Numbered from the stretch's first letter, positions 51,282 through 61,761 are shown. The stretch is DNA of 64,000 nucleotides from an uncultured Alphaproteobacteria bacterium (GCA_963840415.1 CAWIYX010000022.1:95199-159198); one strand, 5' to 3'. Notes: generated from the sequence alone by a model not told the origin. Translations and numbers: made by a program.

Positions 51282-51533
51282 ATGAGCCAGAGAGCTCTGA
51301 TATCGGTCGCCTACGCTGCGGGTTTTGCCATGGCTCCGAGCGAGGAGGACATGGCCGAGCCGGCGCACCTTCAACCGGACGAGGCGCTTCGCAACGGGCA
51401 CGTTTTGGCAGCCCGGCGCGCGCTTCCGCCTCCGGCGCGCTTCGAGCATCTCTCGGCACTGGTCGACCCCGCCCGCATGCTCGGCTTGCGCGAGACGCTC
51501 GCCGGCTGGCTCGGCGGACGGGCCGCGGCATAG
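51282..51533 (+). CDS. Small hypothetical protein (start uncertain)
   Basis: ORF divergent from EF-G2; internal SD GAGGAGG before the ATG at 51351 is an alternative start. Confidence 0.35.
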   Translation: MSQRALISVAYAAGFAMAPSEEDMAEPAHLQPDEALRNGHVLAARRALPPPARFEHLSALVDPARMLGLRETLAGWLGGRAAA

Positions 51534-51705
51534 CCTCTCTTTGTGCTCATGGATTTCTGCCGGCCCCGATGCGTTCGGGGCCGTTTCGCATGTACGCCCG
51601 GTCATGAGCGGGCGGCGTCTTGCCCGCCGGAGGCGCATTGACAGGTCATGGGACCGATGCAAGCTCACGCGGAGCGTTCATGTCATGAGCTTGAGGAGTT
51701 CGCCC

Positions 51706-52146
51706 ATGCTTCGATCCGCCTCCGTCCTGCTTCTCGTCGCGGTCGGAGCGACGGCCGTCTATGCGCAGAACGTCGCCGTCATCAAGGAGCGCAAGACCAA
51801 CTACGAGGCGATGGGCAAGGCGGCGAAGGCGCCGATCGCCATGTACAAGGGGGAGGAGGAGTTCGACCTCGCCAAGGTGCAGGCGGCGCTGAAGGTGATC
51901 CAGGAGAAGGCCGCGATCCTGCCCAAGCTCTTTCCCGACGATGCTAAGACCGGCGCCGACACCGAGGCACTCCCGATCATCTGGGAGGAGAAGCAGGATT
52001 TCCTCGACCGCTTCCCGAAGCTCGCCACGGCGGCCAAGGACGCCGAGACCAAGATCACCGACGAGGAGACCTTTCCCGACACGTGGAAGGAAGTGATGGG
52101 CAACTGCAGCGCCTGCCACAAGAAGTTTCGCAAGCCCAAGACGTGA
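51706..52146 (+). CDS. Class II cytochrome c (cytochrome c')
   Basis: Signal peptide, LFP, ALPIIW, C-terminal CSACHKKFR heme motif; SD GAGGAG; TTGACA upstream. Confidence 0.92.
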   Translation: MLRSASVLLLVAVGATAVYAQNVAVIKERKTNYEAMGKAAKAPIAMYKGEEEFDLAKVQAALKVIQEKAAILPKLFPDDAKTGADTEALPIIWEEKQDFLDRFPKLATAAKDAETKITDEETFPDTWKEVMGNCSACHKKFRKPKT

Positions 52147-52147
52147 C

Positions 52148-52882
52148 ATGTCGCGGGACATGGCCGAGGGCGCGGCCGGCAAGGGGCTGGTCAGCGCGTG
52201 GGACCTGCCGACGCGCCTCTTTCACTGGACCCTCGCGCTCCTCGTCCTCTCGGCGTGGGTCAGCTACGAGTATGCGGAGGCGATCGGCGACGTAACTCTC
52301 GTCTGGCACCGCGCGAACGGCCTCGCGATCCTGATCCTCCTCGTGTGGCGCCTGATCTGGGGCTTCGTCGGCTCCTCCACGGCCCGCTTCTCCGCGTTCG
52401 TCGGCCCGCCCCGCGCCGCGCTGCGCTACGCGATGGGGCTGCTGCGGGGCGCCGACGCAAGGTTCCTCGGCCACAACCCGCTCGGCACCTGGATGGTGCT
52501 CGCCCTTCTTGCCGCGCTCCTCGCGCAGGGGGCCTTCGGGCTCTTCGCCGTCGACGACAACGACCTGACCGGCGGACCGCTCTATCGCCTCGTCGACGAG
52601 GCGGCGAACAAATGGGCGACCCGCTGGCACGGACGCATCTTCGACTTCGTGATCCTGCCGCTCGTTGGCCTCCACATCGTCGCCAACGTTCTCTACGGTC
52701 TCCTCAAGGGTGAGCCGCTGATCCGCGCCATGGTCACCGGCTCTAAGCCCGCGCTCCCCTATGCGGACGCGCCCGAGGCCGAGATCGTCGCGCACCCGCT
52801 CATGCGCGCCCTCGCAGCGCTTGTCGCTGCCGCGGCTCTCGTGCTCGGCACGATCCTCGCCGCCGGCGGCCGGCTGTGGTGA
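52148..52882 (+). CDS. Cytochrome b (b561/Ni-Fe hydrogenase cytochrome b-like)
   Basis: WDLPTRLFHW, RLIWGFVGS, GHNPLG, conserved His in TM helices, MVTG. Confidence 0.9.
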   Translation: MSRDMAEGAAGKGLVSAWDLPTRLFHWTLALLVLSAWVSYEYAEAIGDVTLVWHRANGLAILILLVWRLIWGFVGSSTARFSAFVGPPRAALRYAMGLLRGADARFLGHNPLGTWMVLALLAALLAQGAFGLFAVDDNDLTGGPLYRLVDEAANKWATRWHGRIFDFVILPLVGLHIVANVLYGLLKGEPLIRAMVTGSKPALPYADAPEAEIVAHPLMRALAALVAAAALVLGTILAAGGRLW

Positions 52883-52898
52883 AGGAGGAGAGTAGCGA

Positions 52899-54293
<1,395 letters not shown>

Positions 54294-54386
54294 CTATCGC
54301 CACAATCGGAGCAAAACGAGGCCACACGAACAGGATGTCCTTCCGATGATCACGCTGCGGCCGAGTCGCTCTGAAAGGAGACCTTG

Positions 54387-54710
54387 ATGACAGACCGCTT
54401 GCTTGCAATCACGGCTCGCCATCTTGCCCCGGACGCCCTTGTCGGCGTCGCAGTCTTTGCCGTGCTCATGGCGATGACCGCCTGTCAGGCGACGGTTGCC
54501 GCGCCCCATGCGTCCCAAAGCCTCATTGCCGGGGTCGTGGTGGGCGTGCCCGGCTACGCTTGGCCGGCAGCCCTGGTTCTCCTGTGCGCCGTGCTGTCGG
54601 TCCTCGCGGCGCTCAATCTGGCGTTTTTCCGGCATCTGGTACGCGCGTCCAGGCCCCCGCGCGCCCGCCTGGCCGATGGTCCGCTTCAGCATCGGGGCCG
54701 TAATGGCTAG
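54387..54710 (+). CDS. Small two-TM membrane protein
   Basis: SD AAGGAG; two hydrophobic segments; second preceded by VPGY and followed by Arg-rich tail. Confidence 0.7.
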   Translation: MTDRLLAITARHLAPDALVGVAVFAVLMAMTACQATVAAPHASQSLIAGVVVGVPGYAWPAALVLLCAVLSVLAALNLAFFRHLVRASRPPRARLADGPLQHRGRNG

Positions 54711-54783
54711 TTAACAGGCCTTGTTGATACCGGCACGAAACTTGAGGCCGGGAGTCGCTGTTTCCCGCGCATCCCCCTATATT
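54700..54783 (+). promoter_or_regulatory. Composite promoter region: CtrA-like box, sigma54-like motif, GANTC, -10
   Basis: GTAA-N7-TTAAC (54700-54715); CGGCACG-N4-TTGA (54731-54745); GAGTC (54752-54756); TATATT (54778-54783). Confidence 0.45.
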
Positions 54784-54811
54784 GGGCTATGGGACAAGAG
54801 GGTTTGTAGAC

Positions 54812-55342
54812 ATGGCGAAGCGCTTGACCATACCTGCGCGTGCCTCGGGGGTGCTCCTGATCGGGGCCGCCGCCCTCACGGGGCTGATCGCGGCCTTCTC
54901 CAACACCGAGGCGGTCGTGACGCGGGGCTTCAACGTGGCGCTCGGGGCCACTGACGCGCCCAAGACGTCGAAGAGCGGTCCGCTCATTTCGGGCAGCGAG
55001 GACTATTGGCTCTCGCGCACGGACAAAACGCCAAACGGCGGTCGCATCGAGCCTGCCGCCTGGGCCCAGCCCACAGGGGCGCTCGATTTTTCCATCGGCG
55101 ACCGGCTGACCGTCGCGTCGGGTGCAGGAGAGCGCGTCCTCGAGGTCGTATCGATTGCCCCGGCCCCGGCGGACAGGACCCGGATCGAGATGGGCTCCCC
55201 GCAGGTGCCCAATCCCGCGCCCGGCACCATTGTCGTCACGTGCCGCGAGGTCGGCGCGGGCGACGGGGAGCTGGTCCGGTTCGTGCTCGACGGCGACCCG
55301 GCGGGACCGAAGGTCGACGGCAAGCCGGCCCGGGCGCTCTGA
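54812..55342 (+). CDS. Membrane-anchored hypothetical protein with sortase-like C-terminal pattern
   Basis: N-terminal TM; IGDRLTV...LEVVSI...TIVVTC-x11-RFV; SD GAGGG. The CDS is well supported, the fold assignment is inference. Confidence 0.7.
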   Translation: MAKRLTIPARASGVLLIGAAALTGLIAAFSNTEAVVTRGFNVALGATDAPKTSKSGPLISGSEDYWLSRTDKTPNGGRIEPAAWAQPTGALDFSIGDRLTVASGAGERVLEVVSIAPAPADRTRIEMGSPQVPNPAPGTIVVTCREVGAGDGELVRFVLDGDPAGPKVDGKPARAL

Positions 55343-55509
55343 CGCAATCCTCGATCGCCCGGGAGCCCATCTTCGTGTGACGCGGATCGCTCGCAAGCTC
55401 CGTGCGCCGGCCCGACCCGTTGCAATCCCCCGTAAGGCGCGTGTTATGGTGCGGGCATAGTCTTGGCGAGGCGGCCGAGGTCGCCGCCGGCTATCGAGGA
55501 GTTCGCGTT

Positions 55510-55689
55510 ATGAGGCTCAACCCCCCGACCATTCTGATCTTTCTCATTTCCTTCGTGCTGGCCTCGCTCGCCCTCGTCACCAAGCTCGGCTTCGTACCCG
55601 TGCCACGCTACCTGCCCCACCAGGAGTTCTGGCTGTCGATCACCGCGTATTTCACGCTGATGGTCGGCAATCTCGTACGCGGGCTTTGA
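55510..55689 (+). CDS. Small two-TM membrane protein (59 aa)
   Basis: SD GAGGAG; MRLNPPT..FLIS...GNLVRGL pattern. Confidence 0.8.
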   Translation: MRLNPPTILIFLISFVLASLALVTKLGFVPVPRYLPHQEFWLSITAYFTLMVGNLVRGL

Positions 55690-55698
55690 GCTGGCCTC

Positions 55699-56415
55699 TC
55701 ACCACGGGATCCGCTTCTTGTCGCGGAAGAATCCGCCTGTCGGGCCGTCGTCGGGAAGCGTCGCGAGCCAGACCGGCGTCTCGGCGCCCTTCTCCACCGG
55801 CCGCTCGGCGTTGGGTCCGCCCATGTCCGTCCTGACCCAACCAGGGCAAACCGCGTTGACCTTGATCTTCGCCTCGGCAAGCTCGGTGGCGGCGATGCGC
55901 GTCAGCGCGTTGAGGGCGGCTTTCGACATGCGGTAGGCGGGAAAGCCCGCGCCCATCTCGGCGAGTTGCCCCGCCCCGGACGACAGATTGACGATGCGCC
56001 CGTAGCCGTGCCTGCGCATCAGCGGCACGACCGCCTGAATGAGCCGGAGCGGACCCAGCACATTGGTCTCGAAGGTGCGCCGCGCGGTGTCCCCCTTGAG
56101 ATCGAGGAGGCTTGCCGAGAAGCCGCCCGGGCCGTCGATCAGGACCGCGGCGTTGTTGACGAGGACGTCGCAACGCCCGAACCTCTTCTCGACCTCGGCC
56201 ACGGCACGGGTAGCCCCCATCTCGTCGTCGACGTCGAGGGCGACGACCGGCGCCTCGATCCCGTCGCGGGCGAGCGCGCGCGCCCCCGCGCGGCCCTTCT
56301 CGACGTCGCGCGCGCCAATGACGGCGACAATCCCGCGCTTCGAGAGCTGGCGCACGACCTCCAGTCCAATGCCGCGATTGGCGCCCGAAACCAGGGCAAC
56401 GCGGTCATCCGCCAT
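55699..56415 (-). CDS. Short-chain dehydrogenase/reductase (carbonyl reductase-like)
   Basis: SGANRGIG, LVNNAA, YRMSK, VCPGWVRTDMGG. Confidence 0.92.
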   Translation of the reverse strand: MADDRVALVSGANRGIGLEVVRQLSKRGIVAVIGARDVEKGRAGARALARDGIEAPVVALDVDDEMGATRAVAEVEKRFGRCDVLVNNAAVLIDGPGGFSASLLDLKGDTARRTFETNVLGPLRLIQAVVPLMRRHGYGRIVNLSSGAGQLAEMGAGFPAYRMSKAALNALTRIAATELAEAKIKVNAVCPGWVRTDMGGPNAERPVEKGAETPVWLATLPDDGPTGGFFRDKKRIPW

Positions 56416-56430
56416 GAGCCCTCCTTTGCC

Positions 56431-56874
56431 TCACCCGGTCGCGAGATGCCCGAGCGCGATATCGCGCAGCACCCGCCCCTCGACCTCGGCATCGTCGAGG
56501 CGCACCTTGATCAGGTCGCCGATGCTGACGAGGCCGATCATCTCCTCCTCGTGCATGACGACGAGATGGCGGATGCGGTCGAACGTCATGCGCCTCAGCG
56601 CTTCCGACACGCGCGTTTCCGGCGTGCACATGGGCGGCGGGGCGACCATCACATGCGTCACTTCGAAATCGAGCGCGTCGGCGCCGTGGCGGGCGACGGC
56701 CCGGATGATCTCGCGGTCCGAGACCATGCCGTGGGGGCGGCGCTCCGGATCGACGACGACAACGGAGGCGATGTGGTGGCGATCGAGCAGCTCGACGGCG
56801 TCGCGCAAGCGCCGTGACGGCCAAAGCGTGACGACGCCGCGGCCCTTGGCCGCGAGAACTTCGGCTATCCTCAT
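56431..56874 (-). CDS. CBS-domain pair protein
   Basis: KG..V.T, GMVSDREI, IRHLVV, GLVSIGDLIK. Confidence 0.9.
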   Translation of the reverse strand: MRIAEVLAAKGRGVVTLWPSRRLRDAVELLDRHHIASVVVVDPERRPHGMVSDREIIRAVARHGADALDFEVTHVMVAPPPMCTPETRVSEALRRMTFDRIRHLVVMHEEEMIGLVSIGDLIKVRLDDAEVEGRVLRDIALGHLATG

Positions 56875-57113
56875 GGGAGCCTACTCCTTGACTTCGAGCC
56901 TGCTCCCGCCCGTCCGTGCCGAGGGTGAAATTGTGCGCCTTCTCGCGCAAAAGCGGAAGGGGCTGGCGGCGCGGAACAAGGCGCGCGGCGCGAAATTCGA
57001 ATGGCATCCCGAGCGCGGATCTGGCGCCGGTATGCCGTTCCTCCGTTTACCAATCGGTAACGAGCTTCTGCAAACGTCATCGCTCGGTCCTTGCCGCCGC
57101 TTCGGAGGTCGAC

Positions 57114-57611
57114 ATGGGGAAGGCATTGCCGGCGCTCGCCGCTCTCGCGGCATGCTGGCTGATCGCTTGCGCGTTCCCCGCGGCCGCGGCCCCGCCCGCC
57201 GGCCTCGGTCACAGGGCGATCGCGAGCGCAAACGGCGCCGTTCTTGTCGGCTACTGGCGCTGGCGGCGGCGCTTCTGGGGGGATCCCTGGTACACCGTGC
57301 CGCCCTACTGGTTCGCGCGTCGTGCGCCGGTCATCGTCGAGGGTCCCGCCTATCCCGAGGTTGGAGTCCTGCCGCTCGGCGTCCAGCCCCCGGTTATCTA
57401 TTATCCGCCCAATGCGATGCGCTACTCGTCGCCGCCCGTGGTGCTCAATCAGCCGCCCCCGCTCGTCGACTATAGCGACCTCGACTACGACCTCGCGCCC
57501 TACCGCTATTACATGCGCCATCAGCCGGGATGGTGGGGGAAGCGGTCGGCGAGGCGGCCTTCGAGAAATAGGACGAAGCTCGATCACTTTCCCTGCAGGC
57601 TCTCGACGTAG
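57114..57611 (+). CDS. Secreted Pro/Tyr/Trp-rich hypothetical protein
   Basis: SD GGAGGT, signal peptide ending AAA, low-complexity PPVIYYPP region; 3' end overlaps the cytochrome c gene. Confidence 0.6.
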   Translation: MGKALPALAALAACWLIACAFPAAAAPPAGLGHRAIASANGAVLVGYWRWRRRFWGDPWYTVPPYWFARRAPVIVEGPAYPEVGVLPLGVQPPVIYYPPNAMRYSSPPVVLNQPPPLVDYSDLDYDLAPYRYYMRHQPGWWGKRSARRPSRNRTKLDHFPCRLST

Positions 57612-58063
57612 TGCGTGAGCTCGAGGATGCGTACGTGCGCCGGCAGGTAGCCCGGCTTGTAGTCCTGCTGCTTCATGCGCTTGAAGTACTCCGGCATGTG
57701 CATCGTGTCGTGGCCCTCGACGGGCGTCTCGCCGGCGAGGATGTCGAACACGCGCCAGAACGGGAACGTCCCGCCGTTCGCGGCCGAGATCGCGGTCAGA
57801 TCCTTGGGCGGCTTCAAGAGCTTGCCTGCGAGCTCGCCCCCTCCCTTGCCGTCGGCACCGTGGCAGGCGACGCAATTCTCCTCGTATTCCTGCTGGCCCT
57901 CGGCGAGGATTTTGGTGCGCGCAATGCCGGCGCCATGCGCCGATCGGGCAAGAAAGACGAGGACGGCGACGATCAGTATGAAGGCCCAGAGCGGCCAGGG
58001 GTGATGGCGCCTTAGCCACGCCTTGAGGCCAACCATCGACGAGTTCTCGCTTTTCGCCCGCAT
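57584..58063 (-). CDS. Monoheme c-type cytochrome
   Basis: CVACHG.DGKG, PKDLT..NGG.FP, HMP; SD AAGGAG. Confidence 0.88.
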   Translation of the reverse strand: MRAKSENSSMVGLKAWLRRHHPWPLWAFILIVAVLVFLARSAHGAGIARTKILAEGQQEYEENCVACHGADGKGGGELAGKLLKPPKDLTAISAANGGTFPFWRVFDILAGETPVEGHDTMHMPEYFKRMKQQDYKPGYLPAHVRILELTHYVESLQGK

Positions 58064-58123
58064 GTCGGGCTCCTTGCCCCGCGCCGCCTAGCCGAAGCCT
58101 GCCCACCGGGCGCGAGGCCCGCC

Positions 58124-58137
58124 TTGAGCAGGGTCAA
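58124..58137. promoter_or_regulatory. FNR/FixK-like box upstream of the cytochrome c gene
   Basis: TTGA-N6-TCAA. Confidence 0.4.
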
Positions 58138-58190
58138 GCCCAAAGTCCCGTGTCCGGCATGGCGAGTGGGGTTGGCGGTAGCCCGGAAGG

Positions 58191-58859
58191 CTATTTCTTC
58201 CGGAACTGATCGAGGCTTACGATCTCGGCGCCGCTGGTGGGAGCGGACTTCGACGCGGTGGGCTGAGGCTCGCCCTTCCCCGTTGCTGCGCCGGAGGCGA
58301 CGGCGGGCTTCGCGCCGCTTTGGCCGGCAGCTCCTGCCGGCAGGGCCGGCTGCGGGCGCGGCGCGATGCTGAGCTCGTCGCGATCGGCGCGCGGCTTCTT
58401 CGCGGACCGTGGCTTGCGTTGGCCCGTGCGCGCCGCCCCGGCGGCGTCGCCGCCGAGCGGGGCCGAGGGCAGCGAATGGGTCCCGGCATCGGGCCCGAGG
58501 CTCGGGTCCTCGAACTGGAGCCCGTAACGCACGGAAGGGTCGAAGAAGACCTTGATCGCCGCGAATGGAATGACGAGGCGCTCGGGGATGCCGTCGAAGG
58601 TGAGCTTCACCTCGAACCGGTCGTCGGCGACGGCGAGGTCCCAGAAGCGGTGCTGGAGCACGATCGTCATCTCGCGCGGGTACTTCTCGCGCAGCCGCTT
58701 CGAGAGCGTGACGCCGAGCGCTTCGGTGTCGAAGGAGATGTAGAAGTGGTGGTCGCCGGGCAAGCCAGACTTGGCCGCACGCGCGAGCACCGTGCGAACG
58801 ACGCCGCGCATGGCCTCCTGTGCGAGCGCTTCGTAGTCGATGGTCGGCCCGGCCGTCAT
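58191..58859 (-). CDS. sspB: ClpXP adaptor SspB (alpha type)
   Basis: GLPGDHHFYISF, YPREMTIVLQHRFWDL, DPSV; C-terminal ClpX-binding VSLDQFRKK; downstream of ssrA. Confidence 0.95.
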   Translation of the reverse strand: MTAGPTIDYEALAQEAMRGVVRTVLARAAKSGLPGDHHFYISFDTEALGVTLSKRLREKYPREMTIVLQHRFWDLAVADDRFEVKLTFDGIPERLVIPFAAIKVFFDPSVRYGLQFEDPSLGPDAGTHSLPSAPLGGDAAGAARTGQRKPRSAKKPRADRDELSIAPRPQPALPAGAAGQSGAKPAVASGAATGKGEPQPTASKSAPTSGAEIVSLDQFRKK

Positions 58860-58920
58860 TCCCGTATTCTGCTGTCCCCGATCGCGGCCACAATGTCCCC
58901 CAAAGTCGGCCGAAAGACGA

Positions 58921-59284
58921 GTGGAGGGCTTCTGTTGCCCGGTGCCCTCCGAACCGCGCCTTACCCGGCTAGGGGTGAGGACTTTGGTAGTTCAGGCTTT
59001 TCGCGCCGCATTACGCAGCGAGAGCAGCCTCAGCATAGTTGTCATTGGCAACTATTCTGAATGACCCGATGACGGCGGTATCATGCCGAGCGAAAGCTTA
59101 ACCCTTTACACCCTCGTCGATCCTAGTTCGCCCCCATCAACAGCTCACTGACGCTTTAGGTCAATGGTTCGATCTGGGGCTGTGGCTTGTCCCAGTGAGC
59201 TGATGGTGGAGGCGCCGGGTACTGCCCCCGGGTCCGAACGGCTTATTACGGCCGCGTTTATCGCCATAGCCGGACGAATCCGGC
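58921..59284 (-). ncRNA. ssrA: Two-piece (circularly permuted) tmRNA
   Basis: Acceptor piece ending GGCGCCTCCACCA (CCA at 59206-59204); intervening segment 59203-59136; coding piece starting GGGGGCG at 59135; tag ANDNYAEAALAA* at 59049-59011; terminal hairpin about 58950-58922; outer ends approximate. Confidence 0.95.
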
Positions 59285-59498
59285 CGGGTGAATATAGGCC
59301 GACCCTGCGTTAAATAAAAGTGCTCGGCGCAGACCGTCTCTCAGCCGTGCGCCAGCCCTGGGCGATCGGAAAATCGCGTGCGGGATGGCCAATGAACGGC
59401 GATAAATCTTTTCTTGCCGACGACCCGTGGGTGCGCTTTCTGTTTGCGCGGCTGAGTGCGGGGCCAACGGCCGGGACGGGCTCGAGGGGGATCTTGCG

Positions 59499-60314
59499 AT
59501 GGCAGAGGCTGACGAACCTGGCGGGGGAGCGGGCGCGCTCTTTCGCGGCCTCCCCAAATATGTGCCGAGCACGCCATGGGGTCCCCTCGGCGCTTTTGCC
59601 GTCACGTTCATTGCCTGCGTTGCCTCGTTCGCGGTCGTGCTCGCGGTCGTGCTGCTCTCGTGGCTCATGTGGAGCACCGGATCGACGTGGGCCGTGGACG
59701 TGGCCCGCGCCATGTCCAATCTGGCCGACGACAAGGGGTCGCTCGCGACGCCGCTCGGCGTGGGGCTCATGATCGTCTCGCAATTAACCTCGCTCGCCGT
59801 GATCTGGCTTGCGGCGGGCCGCAAAGGCATGCGCCGCGAGGTCTTGCGCCTCGGCCCGCCCAAGGCCGGCTGGGGAGCCTCGATCCTCGGCGGTCTGATC
59901 GTCGTCGCGGTTACGGGCGCGCTCGAGCTCGCCATGTACTACGGCGTGGGCTTCGACCCCTTCGCCGACAGCAAGTGGCTTGCCGAGGGGCTCAAGTCTC
60001 CGCTCTGGTGGGCAACGGCGCTTGTCGCCGTAGTGCTGGCGCCGCTATGGGAGGAGCTGACCTTCCGCGGCTTTCTCCTCTCGGCGCTGGCGAAGAGCCG
60101 GCTCGGCTTCTGGCCGGCAGCCCTCGCCTCGTCAGCGGCCTGGACCGGGCTGCACATGAGCTATTCCCTGCCGGGGCTCATAAGCGTGTTCACGGCCGGC
60201 CTGCTGCTTTCGTGGCTCATGTGGCGTACGGGCTCGATGCGCGCCGTGGTCGTGGCCCACGCCATGGCCAATGTGGCCGCCGTCGCGTTCATTTATTTCT
60301 ATGCGCCGGCCTGA
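59499..60314 (+). CDS. CPBP/Abi-family intramembrane metalloprotease
   Basis: EELTFRG, WTGLH, AHAMAN motifs; multi-TM. Confidence 0.9.
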   Translation: MAEADEPGGGAGALFRGLPKYVPSTPWGPLGAFAVTFIACVASFAVVLAVVLLSWLMWSTGSTWAVDVARAMSNLADDKGSLATPLGVGLMIVSQLTSLAVIWLAAGRKGMRREVLRLGPPKAGWGASILGGLIVVAVTGALELAMYYGVGFDPFADSKWLAEGLKSPLWWATALVAVVLAPLWEELTFRGFLLSALAKSRLGFWPAALASSAAWTGLHMSYSLPGLISVFTAGLLLSWLMWRTGSMRAVVVAHAMANVAAVAFIYFYAPA

Positions 60315-60357
60315 GCGGGGCCCTCTTTTCGGGCGCGGAATCGCCTACATTCCCCCC

Positions 60358-61152
60358 ATGCAGCAATACCTCGACCTCCTCCGCCGTGTTCGCACCGAGG
60401 GCGTCCACAAGACCGACCGGACCGGGACCGGAACGCTCTCCGTGTTCGGCCATCAGATGCGGTTCGATCTCGGCTCGGGCTTTCCGCTGCTCACGACCAA
60501 GAAGCTGCACGTCAAATCGATCATCCACGAGCTTCTGTGGTTCCTCTCGGGCGACACGAACACCGCCTACCTCAAGGCCAACGGCGTGCGCATCTGGGAC
60601 GAATGGGCGGACGAGAACGGCGACCTCGGCCCCGTGTACGGCAAGCAGTGGCGAAGCTGGCAGGGCGTGGGCGGCGAGCCGATCGACCAGATCAGAGAGG
60701 TGGTCGAGACGCTGAAGACCACTCCCGACAGCCGCCGCATGATCGTCTCGGCCTGGAACCCGGCCGACATTCCCGACATGGCGCTGGCGCCATGCCATTG
60801 CCTGTTTCAGTTCTACGTCGCCGACGGCAAGCTCTCGTGCCAGCTCTACCAGCGCTCGGCCGACGTGTTCCTCGGCGTGCCGTTCAACATCGCGAGCTAC
60901 GCACTCTTGACGATGATGATGGCGCAGGTGACGGGTTTCGAGCCGGGCGACTTCGTGCACACGTTGGGCGACGCGCACCTCTATCTCAACCATCTCGACC
61001 AGGCGGACGAGCAACTGAAGCGCAAGCCGCGCGGGCTTCCGACCATGTCCATTAACGCGGATGTGAGGTCGATCTTTCAGTTCAGGTTCGAGGACTTTGC
61101 GCTCGAGAACTACGATCCCCACCCGCATATCGCCGCGCCGGTTTCCGTCTGA
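60358..61152 (+). CDS. thyA: Thymidylate synthase
   Basis: [44 protein letters not shown]. Confidence 0.97.
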   Translation: MQQYLDLLRRVRTEGVHKTDRTGTGTLSVFGHQMRFDLGSGFPLLTTKKLHVKSIIHELLWFLSGDTNTAYLKANGVRIWDEWADENGDLGPVYGKQWRSWQGVGGEPIDQIREVVETLKTTPDSRRMIVSAWNPADIPDMALAPCHCLFQFYVADGKLSCQLYQRSADVFLGVPFNIASYALLTMMMAQVTGFEPGDFVHTLGDAHLYLNHLDQADEQLKRKPRGLPTMSINADVRSIFQFRFEDFALENYDPHPHIAAPVSV

Positions 61153-61670
61153 TGATCGTCTCGCTCGTCGTTGCCGCGGGGGAGAACGGCGTCATCGGCA
61201 GGGACGGCGGTCTGCCGTGGCGGCTCTCCTCCGACTTGAAGGCCTTCCGGCGCCTTACCATGGGCAAGCCCGTCATCATGGGGCGGCGCACCTTTCAGTC
61301 ACTGAAGCGGCCACTCGACGGGCGCGACAACATCGTCGTCTCGCGCGATCCCGGCTTCGAGCCCGTGGGCGCGACGGTCGCTCCGAGCTTTGCCGACGGC
61401 TTGACGCTGGCGCGGGTGCTCGCGGCGACGCGGGGCGCCGACGAGATCATGGTTATCGGCGGGGCAGAGGTGTTCCGCGCCGCCCTCCCCGTCGCCGACC
61501 GTATCTATTGGACGGTCGTCCACGGCAGCCCCGAGGGGGACGTGCGATTTCCCGACTTCGATCGCGCAGGCTGGCGCGAGGTCTCGAGCGAGCCCCTTCC
61601 GCGCGGGGAAAAGGACGACTATCCGGCGACCGCGACCGTGCTCGAGCGCGCCGGCGCCGACGGCTCCTAA
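61152..61670 (+). CDS. folA: Dihydrofolate reductase
   Basis: NGVIG, LPWRLSSDL, IMGRRTF, PLDGRDN, IGGAEV; ATG overlaps the thyA stop. Confidence 0.95.
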   Translation: MIVSLVVAAGENGVIGRDGGLPWRLSSDLKAFRRLTMGKPVIMGRRTFQSLKRPLDGRDNIVVSRDPGFEPVGATVAPSFADGLTLARVLAATRGADEIMVIGGAEVFRAALPVADRIYWTVVHGSPEGDVRFPDFDRAGWREVSSEPLPRGEKDDYPATATVLERAGADGS

Positions 61671-61732
61671 CGCGAGCGCCCCTGCGCCAGTCTTGAAGGT
61701 TCGTGGCAGGGCAACGATGTTATCGAGGCCCG

Positions 61733-61761
61733 TTTGCAGAGGCGAAAGCCCTGTCCTATAA
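61733..61761 (+). promoter_or_regulatory. RpoH-type heat-shock promoter of hflKC
   Basis: TTTGCA-N16-CCTATAA versus CTTGAA-N16-CCTATAT. Confidence 0.5.

Noticed and set aside
59204-59240. tRNA-like 3' end (T-arm plus CCA)
   Set aside because: It is the acceptor piece of tmRNA, not a tRNA; no anticodon arm.
58100-59300. Integrative element or prophage at ssrA
   Set aside because: No integrase and no duplicated tmRNA 3' fragment in the window.
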